This document shows positions 7,457 through 15,799 of a DNA stretch of 46,724 nt, piece after piece. A program made the translations under genes and the position numbers. Under the pieces are notes generated by a model. That model saw only the letters and a program-made list of their open reading frames with translations. It was not told the DNA's origin and ran no database searches. Source of the DNA: Chlamydiia bacterium (lineage in GTDB: Bacteria; Chlamydiota; Chlamydiia; Chlamydiales; FEN-1388); the NCBI GenBank assembly GCA_903848235.1, contig CAINFV010000146.1, positions 1 to 46,724 of the forward strand, in the 5' to 3' direction. Position 1 is the stretch's first letter; each line of letters opens with the position of its first letter.

Positions 7457-8314
7457 ATGATGAATCGTCTACATCGAATTGGGTGTTTGGCAGGGTTGAT
7501 GATCGCTCCGGTTGTCTTTTCTGGTTTGTCAGCAGATGAAAAGACGCCGCCAGCACAACAAAAAGAAACCACCAAACCCAAGAAAGAAGAGGTGTTTTCT
7601 AAGGAAAATATCTCACGCATTTCTGAAGCCTATGGTCATTTTATCTACAAGAGCCTCGAAAACCCTATCCTACGTTTAGATTATGCAGGCGTTATGAAGG
7701 GGATGAACGATGCAAAATCTGGCAAAACCGCCCCTATGACCGAACAAGAATATGAAGAGGCTATAGCGTCGGTACAAGAAGTAGCATTTCAGGAAATGTC
7801 AGAGAAAAATCTCAAAGATGCTGAAGCATTTTTGGTGAAGAATGCCAAAGAGCCTGGTGTTGTTGAGCTTGAGAAAAACAAGCTTCAAATTAAAGTTCTC
7901 CAGCCAGGGAAAGGTGAAGAAGTCACAGAGTTGACCATGCCAGTGCTCCACTATACAGGAAAATACTTGGATGGCACTACCTTTGGGAACTCCTATGAAT
8001 CCAAAGAGCCAATTTCTATTAACCTTCGTCATACGATTCCTGGGTTCCGTCAAGGCGTGATGGGCATGAAGATCGGTGAAAAACGACGCATCTTCATCCA
8101 CCCAGAATTGGGCTATGGGACGTCAGGACAGCTGCTTCCGAACTCGCTGCTGATCTTCGACATTGAATTGATGAAAGTAGATCCAGCACCAAAAGATGAT
8201 GACACAACGGCTGATGACGACTTCTCGGATAGCGAAGAAGATGGCGGCCTTGATGATGATGATTCTGATGATGATGGGGACGATAATGATGCTGCGTCTT
8301 CAGAGAAGACCTAA
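7457..8314 (+). CDS. mip: Mip-like FKBP-type peptidyl-prolyl isomerase with signal peptide and a long acidic C-terminal tail
   Basis: The FKBP core reads YTGKYLDGTTFGNSYESKEPISINLRHTIPGFRQGVMGMKIGEKRRIFIHPELGYG...LLIFDIELMKV. A Mip/FkpA-type N-terminal helical region is present. The position next to aspS matches C. trachomatis mip. Confidence 0.88.
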   Translation: MMNRLHRIGCLAGLMIAPVVFSGLSADEKTPPAQQKETTKPKKEEVFSKENISRISEAYGHFIYKSLENPILRLDYAGVMKGMNDAKSGKTAPMTEQEYEEAIASVQEVAFQEMSEKNLKDAEAFLVKNAKEPGVVELEKNKLQIKVLQPGKGEEVTELTMPVLHYTGKYLDGTTFGNSYESKEPISINLRHTIPGFRQGVMGMKIGEKRRIFIHPELGYGTSGQLLPNSLLIFDIELMKVDPAPKDDDTTADDDFSDSEEDGGLDDDDSDDDGDDNDAASSEKT

Positions 8315-8337
8315 TCTCTTCTCCTGAAGAGCAGATG

Positions 8338-8367
8338 TGATGTGGAGGCATAGCGGCCTCCACATCA
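8338..8367. terminator. Hairpin between convergent mip and trxA
   Basis: tgatgtggaggc (8338-8349) and gcctccacatca (8356-8367) form a perfect 12-bp stem with a 6-nt loop. There is no strong U-tract. Confidence 0.5.
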
Positions 8368-8378
8368 AGTCTTAGGAC

Positions 8379-8693
8379 TTATGCTTCCTCGATCAGCCTT
8401 TTCAAGCTTGCTAAGTCTTTTAATCCTACCACGCGATGTTTGACCACTCCATCTTTGAAGATGATGAGAGTGGGTACAGAAGAGATGTCGTACTGCATGG
8501 CAATTGACTGAGACTCGTCGACGTCGACCTTGATGACGGTGACGGTGTCTTGCATTTGTTGGGCCAGAAGTTCGAGGATTGGTGCTAGCATCCGACACGG
8601 ACCACACCAGTCAGCAGAGAAGTCAACAAGGACAGTGCCAGCGGCTACGATGTCGCTAAAAGTACGATCATCGACAGATTTCACATACGCCAT
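8379..8693 (-). CDS. trxA: Thioredoxin
   Basis: 104 aa with a WCGPC active site and typical thioredoxin-fold sequence. Confidence 0.95.
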   Translation of the reverse strand: MAYVKSVDDRTFSDIVAAGTVLVDFSADWCGPCRMLAPILELLAQQMQDTVTVIKVDVDESQSIAMQYDISSVPTLIIFKDGVVKHRVVGLKDLASLKRLIEEA

Positions 8694-8874
8694 ACATACA
8701 ACCTGGGTTAAAAAAAGAATCTCATCCAGAGTTTTGCCGATCCGTCAATTTTCACGCCAAAGGAAAAGGAGTTGATGTACATTTTCCTCGTGTGTTGAGA
8801 AAATCAAGGCAAATCACGTACGATCAACCCTAATCTGAAGATAACAAGTCTTTTATCACGTAATTGAGGGTTGA

Positions 8875-9732
8875 ATGGGTCGTTTCCGACATCAGCAAAC
8901 AATACAGTCTCCCCAGTCGTTTGCTGGAATTGGGATTCACACTGGGCAAGAGGTTGTGATTCGCTTTGTTCCTGCAAAGGAAGGGGAAGGGATGTTTTTT
9001 CGCCGTGTTGATCTTCCAGGTCAGCCTGTGATTCCTGCTACTGTTGAATATGTCGCAGGGACGGCGCGTGGAACGACCCTCGCTGTAGGGGAAGCTAAAG
9101 TCCATACTGTTGAGCATGTGCTTGCGGCAGTAAGAGCCTTTGAAATTGATAACATCTGCATAGAGATTTCTGGAATAGAACCTCCTGCGGGAAATGGTAG
9201 TTCTGATGTCTATGTGGAGATGCTCACCGAAGCTGGGTGTGTTAAACAGGCGGCGAATGTCCCCATTATGGCGTTGAAAAAGCCCGTTTGGTGGAGCCAG
9301 GATGATGTTCATATGGTCGCCCTTCCCTCTGACACCTATCGCATCAGCTATACCCTCTATTATCCTAATTCTCCACCTCTTGGCAGCCAGTATTTTTCTT
9401 TTGATGTGTCTGCTGAAGGGTTTCGCGAACAGATTTCCTCATGTCGGACGTTCGCGTTATACGAAGAACTATCAGCATTGATGGATAGGGGACTTATCCG
9501 AGGGGGTAGTCTTGAGAATGCTGTCGTGGTTCAAGAAGGGGCTATTATTTCAAAAGGCGGGCTTCATTTTTCTGATGAAGCAGTACGGCATAAGGTTCTC
9601 GATTTAATTGGAGACTTGAGTCTTGTCGGAATTCCCTTTACGGCGCATATCATATCATTAAGGTCCGGTCATGCTTCCAACTGCCTTTTTGCCAAGAAGC
9701 TGTACCAACATCTTTCATCGGAGAATGCATAA
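8875..9732 (+). CDS. lpxC: UDP-3-O-acyl-N-acetylglucosamine deacetylase
   Basis: LpxC-like sequence (GIGIHTGQEV..., TVEHVLAA, HASNCLFAKKL). Heads an lpxC-fabZ-lpxA cluster. Confidence 0.93.
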   Translation: MGRFRHQQTIQSPQSFAGIGIHTGQEVVIRFVPAKEGEGMFFRRVDLPGQPVIPATVEYVAGTARGTTLAVGEAKVHTVEHVLAAVRAFEIDNICIEISGIEPPAGNGSSDVYVEMLTEAGCVKQAANVPIMALKKPVWWSQDDVHMVALPSDTYRISYTLYYPNSPPLGSQYFSFDVSAEGFREQISSCRTFALYEELSALMDRGLIRGGSLENAVVVQEGAIISKGGLHFSDEAVRHKVLDLIGDLSLVGIPFTAHIISLRSGHASNCLFAKKLYQHLSSENA

Positions 9733-10202
9733 TGTCTAATCCAGAACAGCCTTTATCACCCAGTATGTTGGATACGAAGAAGATCGTAAAAATTCTTCCT
9801 CATCGGTATCCATTTCTCTTTGTCGATCAAATTCTAGAGCTTGATTTAGAAAAAGGGACGATTGTAGGTAAAAAGAACCTGACGATCAACGAGGCCTTTT
9901 TCCAAGGCCATTTCCCAGAGGCGCCTTTGATGCCCGGAGTGCTTATTTTAGAGGCATTGGCGCAGACAGGAGGGATTCTCGTTCACCTTCGGGATAATCG
10001 AGGGAAAGTTGCGATTTTACTCGGTGTTAATAATGCAAAGTTTCGTCGCCCAGTGAAGCCTGGTGATGTGTTGATATTAAAGGCAGCAGTACTGCACCTA
10101 AGTTCGAAAGGGGGGAAGGTCGCTGCTGAAGCATATGTAGATGATGTACTAGTTGCTGAAGCGGAAATGAGTTTTGCTCTTGTCGACAAAGATCAGATTT
10201 GA
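9732..10202 (+). CDS. fabZ: 3-hydroxyacyl-ACP dehydratase FabZ
   Basis: LPHRYPFLFVD..., FFQGHFPEAPLMPGVLILEALAQTGG. The ATG overlaps the lpxC stop. Confidence 0.95.
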   Translation: MSNPEQPLSPSMLDTKKIVKILPHRYPFLFVDQILELDLEKGTIVGKKNLTINEAFFQGHFPEAPLMPGVLILEALAQTGGILVHLRDNRGKVAILLGVNNAKFRRPVKPGDVLILKAAVLHLSSKGGKVAAEAYVDDVLVAEAEMSFALVDKDQI

Positions 10203-10217
10203 AAAGGAACTTCGAAT

Positions 10218-11036
10218 ATGTCACAGATCCATCCTACAGCTATTGTAGAACGTGGCGCCCAGATTGGAGAAAACGTCGTGATCGGGCCGTATGCCATTGT
10301 TCATTCGAATGTGATTTTGGAAGACGATGTTGTTATCAAAGCTCATGTCTATCTTGATGGGAATACAACGATCGGAAAAGGGACTGTTATCTGGCCCGGA
10401 GCTGTGTTAGGGACGAAAACACAGGATCTAAAATTTAAGGGGGAGAAGACATTTGTTGAGGTGGGAGCTGGCTGTGAGATTCGTGAATATGTCACGATTA
10501 ATGCCTCGTGTGGAGAGGGAACAGTCGTTCGCATTGGGAATAAGTGTCTTATTATGGCCTATTGTCACGTAGCGCATAACTCCGTCTTAGGAGACGGGGT
10601 AATTCTTGCGAATAACGCAACGCTGGCAGGACACGTTACAGTTGAAGATGCAGCTGTGATCGGAGGTCTTTCTGCTATTCATCAATTTGCTCGGGTAGGG
10701 CGTCATGCTATGGTCGGAGGTATGAGCCGTGTGACGCATGATGTCCCTCCGTACACTATTGGAGCAGGAAGTCCGTATCGCCTTGGTGGGGTGAACCTTG
10801 TCGGCTTACGACGCCATGGGTTCTCATTGCAATCTCGAATTGCACTCGCAAAGGCCTTTAAAATCCTCTATCGGGCAGGATTGCCTGTTACGGAGGCACT
10901 TGCGCAGATCGAGGGTGAAATTGAGTCTACACCTGAAATTCAGCGTTTAGTGGAGTTTTGCCGTTCTACAAAACGGGGTATCATTGCTGACGGAGGACGG
11001 GGAAGAAAAGACCAAAATGGAGAGGCTTGCGAGTGA
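10218..11036 (+). CDS. lpxA: Acyl-ACP--UDP-N-acetylglucosamine O-acyltransferase
   Basis: MSQIHPTAIVE..., hexapeptide repeats and an LpxA C-terminal helical domain. Confidence 0.94.
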   Translation: MSQIHPTAIVERGAQIGENVVIGPYAIVHSNVILEDDVVIKAHVYLDGNTTIGKGTVIWPGAVLGTKTQDLKFKGEKTFVEVGAGCEIREYVTINASCGEGTVVRIGNKCLIMAYCHVAHNSVLGDGVILANNATLAGHVTVEDAAVIGGLSAIHQFARVGRHAMVGGMSRVTHDVPPYTIGAGSPYRLGGVNLVGLRRHGFSLQSRIALAKAFKILYRAGLPVTEALAQIEGEIESTPEIQRLVEFCRSTKRGIIADGGRGRKDQNGEACE

Positions 11037-11977
11037 GAGTTGTTTTTTTTGGTACCCCAGAGTTTGCTGCATCGATATTAGAATATGTCGTCACGAAGAC
11101 GCATCATGAAGTCGTAGCTGTTGTTTCAAAGCCTGATGCTCCTAAGGGGCGAGGGCGCACGCTCCAGCCAACTCCTGTTAAGAGTATGGCGCAGAAACTG
11201 CTTCCTGGAGTTTTGTTATTTCAGCCTGAGAAGGCCTCCACGGCTGAATTCAAAGAGCAGCTAAAGAGTTTTTCTCCCGATGTGTTTCTTGTAGTCGCCT
11301 ATGGTGAGCTTATTAAGGCAGATCTTCTTGCCGTCCCGCGCCTAGGCTGCTATAACATTCATGCAAGCCTATTGCCATCATATCGAGGAGCCGCTCCTAT
11401 CCAAAGAGCATTGCTCGATGGCACGTCAAAAACAGGGATTACTATTTTTCGATTGACGAAGGGGATGGACAGCGGAGATATCGTCTGGAGCATGGGCTGC
11501 GATGTCGGACCGGCCACGAATTCAGGAGAGCTTACTGAGCTGCTGTTAGAGATAGCAAAACAGGGAGCAGAGCAAACGTTAGATTTGCTGGAGGCAGGAC
11601 GAGTACAGTTTATCCCTCAACACCATGAAGAGGCAACATTTGCTCCAAAAATTACTCCCGATGACCTTGTCCTTGACCAAAACCAAGATGTTGAAAAACT
11701 TCATGACCGCGTCAGGGCTTTTGCTCCCAATCCTGGGGCTTTTTTTTGGGTACAATATCGTGAGCAAAAGATGCGGCTGAAGGTCGTAAAAAGTCATGTA
11801 GACACTTTTATAACAGATCCACACCGACGCTGGGTTGTGTTAGAAAATGGTGCTTTAGGTCTCTGTTCCCCAGATGGAACGCTTGTTTTCGATCACGTTC
11901 AGCTTGAGGGGAAGGCTTCTATGGATTCTGCCGCCTTTCTTCGTGGCATTCCATTGCGTCACCTTCTTTTTCTATAA
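11027..11977 (+). CDS. fmt: Methionyl-tRNA formyltransferase
   Basis: VVFFGTPEFA..., NIHASLLPSYRGAAPIQRALL. The start is ambiguous (TTG 11027 or GTG 11033) and overlaps the lpxA end. Confidence 0.93.
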   Translation: MRVRVVFFGTPEFAASILEYVVTKTHHEVVAVVSKPDAPKGRGRTLQPTPVKSMAQKLLPGVLLFQPEKASTAEFKEQLKSFSPDVFLVVAYGELIKADLLAVPRLGCYNIHASLLPSYRGAAPIQRALLDGTSKTGITIFRLTKGMDSGDIVWSMGCDVGPATNSGELTELLLEIAKQGAEQTLDLLEAGRVQFIPQHHEEATFAPKITPDDLVLDQNQDVEKLHDRVRAFAPNPGAFFWVQYREQKMRLKVVKSHVDTFITDPHRRWVVLENGALGLCSPDGTLVFDHVQLEGKASMDSAAFLRGIPLRHLLFL

Positions 11978-12412
11978 ATTCCAAGTTGCTTCCGCTCTTG
12001 ATCTTTTGAGTGCAAAGGTGATAGCAGTCTAGGGGTTCCCCCAAATTTTTCCTCAGTTTTCTGAAGTAAATTTTGTCATACCGAATATGTATGACAAAAA
12101 AGCTAGCGATAATTTGAGTTCATCCTAATAATCCCCGACGCGCCTTTATGAGAAAGATGCTTGAAACCTATTTGCTGCCTTATTTTTGCTTCGAAACGAA
12201 TGGTGGGCTTGGGAAAAAAGATGGGGAGTTGCACACGCGTGCTCTTCAATAGAGCTGATTTAGAGTTTTCGCAAATGTTTGAGGCTGGATGTCCATCCAT
12301 GACCTGGTTTGTAGAGGCATTTGCAAAACTAGCTGGCGCGCTCTGCTCGCGGCGGCTCGTTTTGCAAAAGCCTCTGTAGAAGGCGAATAAACATATCAAA
12401 AGTGAGGGACGT

Positions 12413-13216
12413 ATGTCAGCAGAGATAAGTCAAACCGGTGGAGTGTGGGCCTTGGCAAAAATGGCGCAGAACGTTGGCACATGGCTGACAGATGGGCCAA
12501 GGCAACTTTTTGCAGATGTTGATGCAACAACAGATCTCTTAAAACTTGCGCAGAGAATTCACGCAATCTTTGAGCCGATTATTCAGATTATCCCTCTCAA
12601 ACAATTTGCTCATGCAGCGACAGCTATCACGGAATTTGTGGATGCTCGGAATTTTATTGGCAGCTTCCATGATTTAATTTCAGGAACGGCAGCATGGGAT
12701 ACGCCGTTTTCAGCTCACTTTCCTGATTTATTGAAGGTTGCTAGCAAACTAGTTTTTCTCATTGGAGACCTCGGTGCTCTTGCGAGTTGGCTTTCGTCCA
12801 TCCACGTTTTAGGAGAATGGGTCAAGACGTCAACGGCTCAGATTGTGACATGGGGAAAGAAATTCAATATCTTGGATGGGATAGGGGATGTCTCGTGTAT
12901 CACAGGGGCCTTGCTCAGCATCGCTGATACCATCAGGCTGATCGTCAAAGAGACCGTGTTGGAGGACTATTTCAAAAATGGCCGACTGAACATGAGTAAG
13001 CTAGCGGATCGCCTTATCGACATCGCATACGATGTTTCAAGTATTGCTGCTTCTGTCCTTTCAAACATTCCGGGAGTACCTGCTGTGATGTCTCTTGTAT
13101 CTCTGGCAGTAGGTTCTACTCTTTCCTTAGCAAGGTTTTTTAAAAGACAGTATTGTAATGAGCCCGAACTGAACGTTTTTCAAGAGTCTACAGGACACAT
13201 CATTATCAGTTCTTAA
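12413..13216 (+). CDS. Paralog A of a lineage-specific putative membrane protein (Inc-like bilobed hydrophobic region), in the slot occupied by Cap1/CT529 in C. trachomatis
   Basis: An RBS-like gaggga precedes the ATG. The 267 aa align without gaps to the downstream paralog. Residues ~205-243 (IAYDVSSIAASVLSNIPGVPAVMSLVSLAVGSTLSLARFF) form two hydrophobic lobes split by a short turn. Confidence 0.7.
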   Translation: MSAEISQTGGVWALAKMAQNVGTWLTDGPRQLFADVDATTDLLKLAQRIHAIFEPIIQIIPLKQFAHAATAITEFVDARNFIGSFHDLISGTAAWDTPFSAHFPDLLKVASKLVFLIGDLGALASWLSSIHVLGEWVKTSTAQIVTWGKKFNILDGIGDVSCITGALLSIADTIRLIVKETVLEDYFKNGRLNMSKLADRLIDIAYDVSSIAASVLSNIPGVPAVMSLVSLAVGSTLSLARFFKRQYCNEPELNVFQESTGHIIISS

Positions 13217-13333
13217 AGTAGGAATGCGAAAATGGTGCGTGAGAGTGTGTGTTATTAGATGCCGAGGATAGTCAATGTACATACGGTAGCTATCCAAAAG
13301 GGCATTTTCTAGATAAAAATGGAGGTTTTTTTT

Positions 13334-14473
13334 ATGTGTGTTTTAGGAAATGTAGCCAATGGCGCTTTGGAAGCAGGAAGAATTGCTCAAGCTGGTGGTA
13401 ACTGGTTAGTAGATGGGCCAAAAAATGTGCTTGCTAACGTTGATCCATTATCGGACTTTATGAAGCTTGTCCAAAGGATCAACGATATCTTCAAGCCATT
13501 TGTAGAGATTATGCCCTTAAGGCATATTTCAGAGGCTTTTTCCCATATTACAGATTTCGTATCTGCACGGGGCTTTATCGGTAGGATTTCAGATCTTGTT
13601 TCAGGAAAAGCTGGTTGGGAAAAGCCCTTCAGCGAAAATTTTCCAGATCTTTTAAAGATTGCCAGTAAATGTGCCTATTTGATTGGCGACTTTGCCTCAA
13701 CTGCAAAGTGGCTCGCGATGATCAATATTCTTGGTGCCTGGGTAAAAGACTCTACCGCTCAGATTGTAACGTGGGGCAATGAATTCAACATCCTGAAAGG
13801 AATTGGTGATGTCTCCTGTATCACCGGTGCATTGCTGAGCATAGCTGACACCGTCAGGCTGATTGTCAGTGAAATCCGTCGTGATGGTTATTTCACGGAC
13901 AAAAAGCTTAAAATAAGCTTGTTTCTCGATCATGTGCTTGACGTTGCGTCTGATACAGTAAAGATTGCTGCAGCAGTGCTCTTTAATGTCCCAGGGGTCC
14001 ATATCCTCTTTGTTACAGCTTCTCTGGCTATCGGGTCTACGCTGTCTCTAATGAAGTTTTTCAAGAAGACATATTGGATTGAAGAAGCGCCAAAACTACT
14101 TCTTCAAGAAGAAAGTGAGTTGAGCTCCCTCTCGAGCAGCCAAATATCTACGCCAGCCACCGTTGTCGAGTCACTAGAAGAGGACGAAATTGATGATGAT
14201 GCATTAGAAGTAGCTCTCGCAGGGAATTTCGATGCCGAACGTGCTGAAGAACAAGCCGCACCAGCGACGGAGATTGCTACTGAAGCAGCAGTAGAAGAAA
14301 GGGAGTCAGCAGCTGCTGCCACAGAAGAAGAAATAGAACTAGGGACCGCAGGAGCAGCAGAAACGCCAGAGGCAGCATCAGCTGTCGAGATGCGTGTCGC
14401 AGCACCAATTGAAGCGGCAGCAGCATCAGTGGGTGTTCCAGCGGTATTAGAGGGTGAAACAGCGCCAGTCTAA
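13334..14473 (+). CDS. Paralog B of the same family, with an added ~130-aa Ala/Glu-rich acidic C-terminal tail
   Basis: I place the start at ATG 13334, with a GGAGG RBS at 13321-13325. This start aligns residue for residue with paralog A. The core STAQIVTWG..FNIL.GIGDVSCITGALLSIADT.RLIV is nearly identical in both proteins. The tail is EEESELSSLSSSQ...AEEQAAPATEIATEAAVEERESAAAATEEE... Confidence 0.72.
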   Translation: MCVLGNVANGALEAGRIAQAGGNWLVDGPKNVLANVDPLSDFMKLVQRINDIFKPFVEIMPLRHISEAFSHITDFVSARGFIGRISDLVSGKAGWEKPFSENFPDLLKIASKCAYLIGDFASTAKWLAMINILGAWVKDSTAQIVTWGNEFNILKGIGDVSCITGALLSIADTVRLIVSEIRRDGYFTDKKLKISLFLDHVLDVASDTVKIAAAVLFNVPGVHILFVTASLAIGSTLSLMKFFKKTYWIEEAPKLLLQEESELSSLSSSQISTPATVVESLEEDEIDDDALEVALAGNFDAERAEEQAAPATEIATEAAVEERESAAAATEEEIELGTAGAAETPEAASAVEMRVAAPIEAAAASVGVPAVLEGETAPV

Positions 14474-14579
14474 GACGTCAATAATTGGAGCGATCTTATT
14501 GGCGGAGGGATAAATGACAGTATCTTTGTTGATGAATAGTTGAGAAGTCAGCAATAAATGCTCTGAAGATGCCATTGGA

Positions 14580-14612
14580 GGCCAGGCAAGAAATTGCCTG
14601 GCCTTTTTTTTT
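14580..14612 (+). terminator. Rho-independent terminator after paralog B
   Basis: ggccaggcaa-gaaa-ttgcctggcc forms a perfect 10-bp GC-rich stem and is followed by nine T residues. Confidence 0.85.
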
Positions 14613-14613
14613 A

Positions 14614-14780
14614 TATATACCGCTTCCAGTTGAAAGTTGAGGTTTTTTGTCGCGGAAAAGGTTCGAGATTTGACCATCAAAAAACACCCCATAGTGTGCT
14701 ATTGGACGTTTTTTGATGGCTGAATGATCGAGGCTTTAACGCGGCAAAAAACTTCGAGTTTCAATTGGAAGCAGTATATA
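14614..14780. repeat. ~167-bp imperfect palindromic (MITE-like) element, copy 1
   Basis: Termini tatataccgcttccagttgaaagt (14614-14637) and tttcaattggaagcagtatata (14759-14780) are inverted repeats. Nested internal pairings exist: ttttttgtcgcg/cgcggcaaaaaa and ccatcaaaaaac/gttttttgatgg. Confidence 0.8.
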
Positions 14781-14938
14781 CCGCTTTCAGTTGAAAGTCG
14801 CGTACCTACCATCGAAAAAGTCCGCATCTTCGAGTCGGTAAAAACAACCCCTAATTCTAGTGCCGAGTCTGTTTTTGCCGATCGAATCTGCGGACTTTTT
14901 CTTCGGCATCTATCCAACTTTCAACTGTTAGCGGTATA
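14775..14938. repeat. ~164-bp imperfect palindromic (MITE-like) element, copy 2, abutting copy 1 through a shared tatata
   Basis: Termini tatataccgctttcagttgaaagt (14775-14798) and actttcaactgttagcggtata (14917-14938) are inverted repeats. Internal pairings include aaaaagtccgca/tgcggacttttt and cggtaaaaaca/tgtttttgccg. The terminal ~24 nt match copy 1 while the interior has diverged. Confidence 0.8.
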
Positions 14939-15025
14939 AAAAATGAATTTCGTAGAAGAGTTGCGCAAAAAACTCGAAGTAGATGATCGTCTACGAAGGA
15001 TCGTTTATATATAACAAATTTTGCG

Positions 15026-15556
15026 ATGATCGCAGCAATGAAAAATCAAACCTCACAGTTGAGATCTTACGAGCGGCATACAGCCTGCCTTCTATCCGGG
15101 CTTCTTGCGGGCCTTGGGCTGTTTGTTGTCATACAAGGAAGAAACATATCAGTTGGAGTGGGAGAGACGATTAGAGTTCATGTGGTAGGGGCTGCGCGAG
15201 AAACGGATGTGATGCTGCCTCTTGGCGCGACACTTGACGATGTGTTGACGCGCATAGAACTCCTAGATGGGGCGGAGCCAACCAATCTCGATGGACAACG
15301 CCGAATGAACAATGGTGAAATTGTCGTTATTCCTTATGGCGGAACAACAACCGTGTACGTGACCGGGGCTGTAAAAGAAGCAAAGGTAGTGGTGTTGGAC
15401 GACATGGCAAAGCCAAAACAAGTTCTTGAATGTGTGGATCTTCAAAATGATGCGGATATTTCGATGTTTTTGCGTAGAAGGACAGTGCGTAACGGATCAG
15501 TCATAGAAATAAAAAAGAAAAAAAAGTCATTTCAAAAAGAAGTCTTGCCTAAGTAA
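15026..15556 (+). CDS. Membrane-anchored protein with two SLBB-like (ComEA N-terminal type) beta-grasp repeats and no helix-hairpin-helix domain
   Basis: TM helix CLLSGLLAGLGLFVVI. It is followed by IRVHVVGAARETDVMLPLGATLDDVL...NNGEIVVIP and TVYVTGAVKEAKVVVLDD...VRNGSVIEI. Both follow the I.V.V.GAV...G..L.D.....G..I.IP pattern of ComEA/polysaccharide-export SLBB domains. The tail is Lys-rich. Confidence 0.5.
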   Translation: MIAAMKNQTSQLRSYERHTACLLSGLLAGLGLFVVIQGRNISVGVGETIRVHVVGAARETDVMLPLGATLDDVLTRIELLDGAEPTNLDGQRRMNNGEIVVIPYGGTTTVYVTGAVKEAKVVVLDDMAKPKQVLECVDLQNDADISMFLRRRTVRNGSVIEIKKKKKSFQKEVLPK

Positions 15557-15799
15557 AGCGAGTCAACAACGACAGAAGTTTTTTGAGAGGAAAGATTTTC
15601 TGCAATACCGCTGAAAATTTGCTGTTTTGATTTGTGAAAAATGTGAGAGATTTGTTAGCCTGTCCATACCAGCTCTTCATATTTCTAACGACGCATTGGT
15701 TTTCGTGAGAGAAAAGGCCTCCTGGAAAGTACAAACAGGGGGAGAAGTTGAGCTAAAGTTTACTCCAGTAAAGTATGGAAGTGGAGTTCGAGGTGTAGC

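Noticed and set aside
12103-12399. Small ORFs on both strands (98 aa minus, 72 aa plus) in the fmt-to-paralog-A intergenic region
   Set aside because: They overlap each other, have no RBS and no recognisable motifs. This is more likely a promoter or leader region.
14650-14672. tRNA T-arm-like motif aaggttcgagattt
   Set aside because: There is no acceptor stem, anticodon arm or D-arm around it. The motif is part of the nested palindrome.
14614-14938. Possible mini-CRISPR array or integron attC sites, suggested by the thrice-repeated ataccgct..cagttgaaagt motif
   Set aside because: There are only three copies, one of them inverted, spaced ~160 nt apart, and each pair bounds a self-complementary unit. 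No cas or intI gene is nearby. The repeat ends do not fit the attC R'/R'' consensus (GTTRRRY). A palindromic MITE-like interpretation fits better.
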